Of a DNA stretch of 43,723 bases, positions 43,141 to 43,723 are shown one piece after another. The DNA comes from a virus (Duplodnaviria > Caudoviricetes), in the IMG/VR virus record IMGVR_UViG_3300030376_004869, positions 1 to 43,723 of that record; one strand, given 5' to 3'. Both the position numbers and the translations under genes were made by a program. The notes beneath the pieces were generated by a model. It saw only the letters and a program-made list of their open reading frames with translations, did not search any database and was not told the origin of the DNA. Every line of letters starts with the position of its first letter. Within the stretch, counting starts at the first letter, position 1.

Positions 43141-43317
43141 GCTAATGTCCCGAGTCGGGGTAACCTTCGGTGGGGCGGCTTATCAAGACCGCTGTGTTTG
43201 TTTCCAAACCCCATTAGCTCGTTTTCTGGATCTCTCTAGACTCTTGATTGAATCTTGAGAACTCTCTCACCCTCTAACGAGAGTTCGAAAGATCTCAATC
43301 TTCAAAGAGTCTTAGAG
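43141..43317 (-). ncRNA. Structured early leader (long hairpin + multibranch domain)
   Basis: Imperfect long inverted repeat at 43234-43317, plus a GCTAATG/CATTAGC-closed multiloop at 43141-43218 containing a GAAA tetraloop. Confidence 0.55.
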
Positions 43318-43322
43318 TTTTC

Positions 43323-43331
43323 ATTATAGCA
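43323..43331 (-). promoter_or_regulatory. Host sigma70-type extended -10 promoter for early genes
   Basis: TGCTATAAT is a perfect TGnTATAAT, oriented into the early region; no good -35. Confidence 0.75.
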
Positions 43332-43463
43332 GAGTGGACAGGTTGGTAAGGTGAGTATTTATGCTTAACTTGTGCTCTAAGTGTACAGAAGCTAGGCTAT
43401 GACAGGGTGATTAGCGTTGCTTATAGGTCAGAGGTCGATTCATATATCACAGTGTTTGCAAGG

Positions 43464-43722
43464 TGTCTAGTCATTTGTCCTGATTCTCTGACAATGTGCG
43501 GCAACAGATCGCGAGAGATCGAGAGCCGCGCCTGTATCGCGCGTGAATCCTCTTACCGCGCCCCCGCGAGTCGTTTTACCGCGCGCAGGTCATGCACCCG
43601 CGTTAATTGATCGCGCGTAACTGCCGAGATCTGTTGCTATCACTAGCTTTGCACCGCACTATAGATGCGGTGACGACCTGAGACCCCCCTCCGGGGGGCA
43701 AGCGCGTCCGTACGTATACGTA
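43464..43722. repeat. Direct terminal repeat, copy 2
   Basis: Matches 1..259. Confidence 0.93.
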
Positions 43723-43723
43723 T

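Noticed and set aside
39426-43341. Recurring T(G/A)TCCACT words (near 39427, 42733, 43333) as DnaA boxes or a promoter motif
   Set aside because: Too short and too few to separate from chance without counting.
1322-43610. All plus-strand ORFs in the track (e.g. 3103-3429, 27583-27957, 30131-30457, 34976-35422, 43407-43610)
   Set aside because: They are antisense shadows of well-supported minus-strand genes or of the terminal repeat, with no recognisable motifs; the genome is transcribed in one direction.
1-43723. CRISPR array, rRNA, IS element, intron in psbA or polymerase, canonical T7 promoter, endolysin
   Set aside because: I saw no repeat-spacer pattern, transposase, intron-sized interruption, TAATACGACTCACTATAG-like repeat or recognisable amidase/lysozyme. 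The absence is by eye only.

Overview
This window looks like a complete T7-like cyanopodovirus genome (Autographiviridae-type, P-SSP7-like; the host is probably Prochlorococcus). It is written in reverse: essentially all genes are on the minus strand, and it is bounded by a 259-bp direct terminal repeat (1..259 = 43464..43722). Reading from the right end, the order is as follows. (1) A host-type extended -10 promoter and a highly structured ~300-nt leader. (2) Small early genes separated by repeated RNA structures. (3) RHH and MarR regulators, a tyrosine integrase and a 42-bp attP matching the 5' half of tRNA-Leu(UAA). (4) Replication and nucleotide genes: single-subunit RNA polymerase, SSB, endonuclease I, primase-helicase, DNA polymerase split over two frames, exonuclease, an overlapping NblA-like ORF, DUF3310, MazG-like and RNR alpha/beta. 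(5) Portal and scaffold. (6) An auxiliary island: hli, psbA, a glutamine-II riboswitch, a DUF4278 peptide and a porin-like gene. (7) Capsid, tail, core and tail-fibre genes. (8) A membrane/exported-protein cluster with a dual-coded region. (9) terS, HNH-type genes, terL and talC. The strongest candidates for novelty are the repeated tRNA-like (T-loop) mini-elements and a second repeated RNA motif between early genes, the riboswitch-peptide-porin cassette, a -1 frame kept open across a whole gene, a candidate -1 frameshift in DNA polymerase, and a 19-bp motif shared by attP and the termini. All calls come from reading the sequence by eye and recalling protein families; no searches or folding programs were run.
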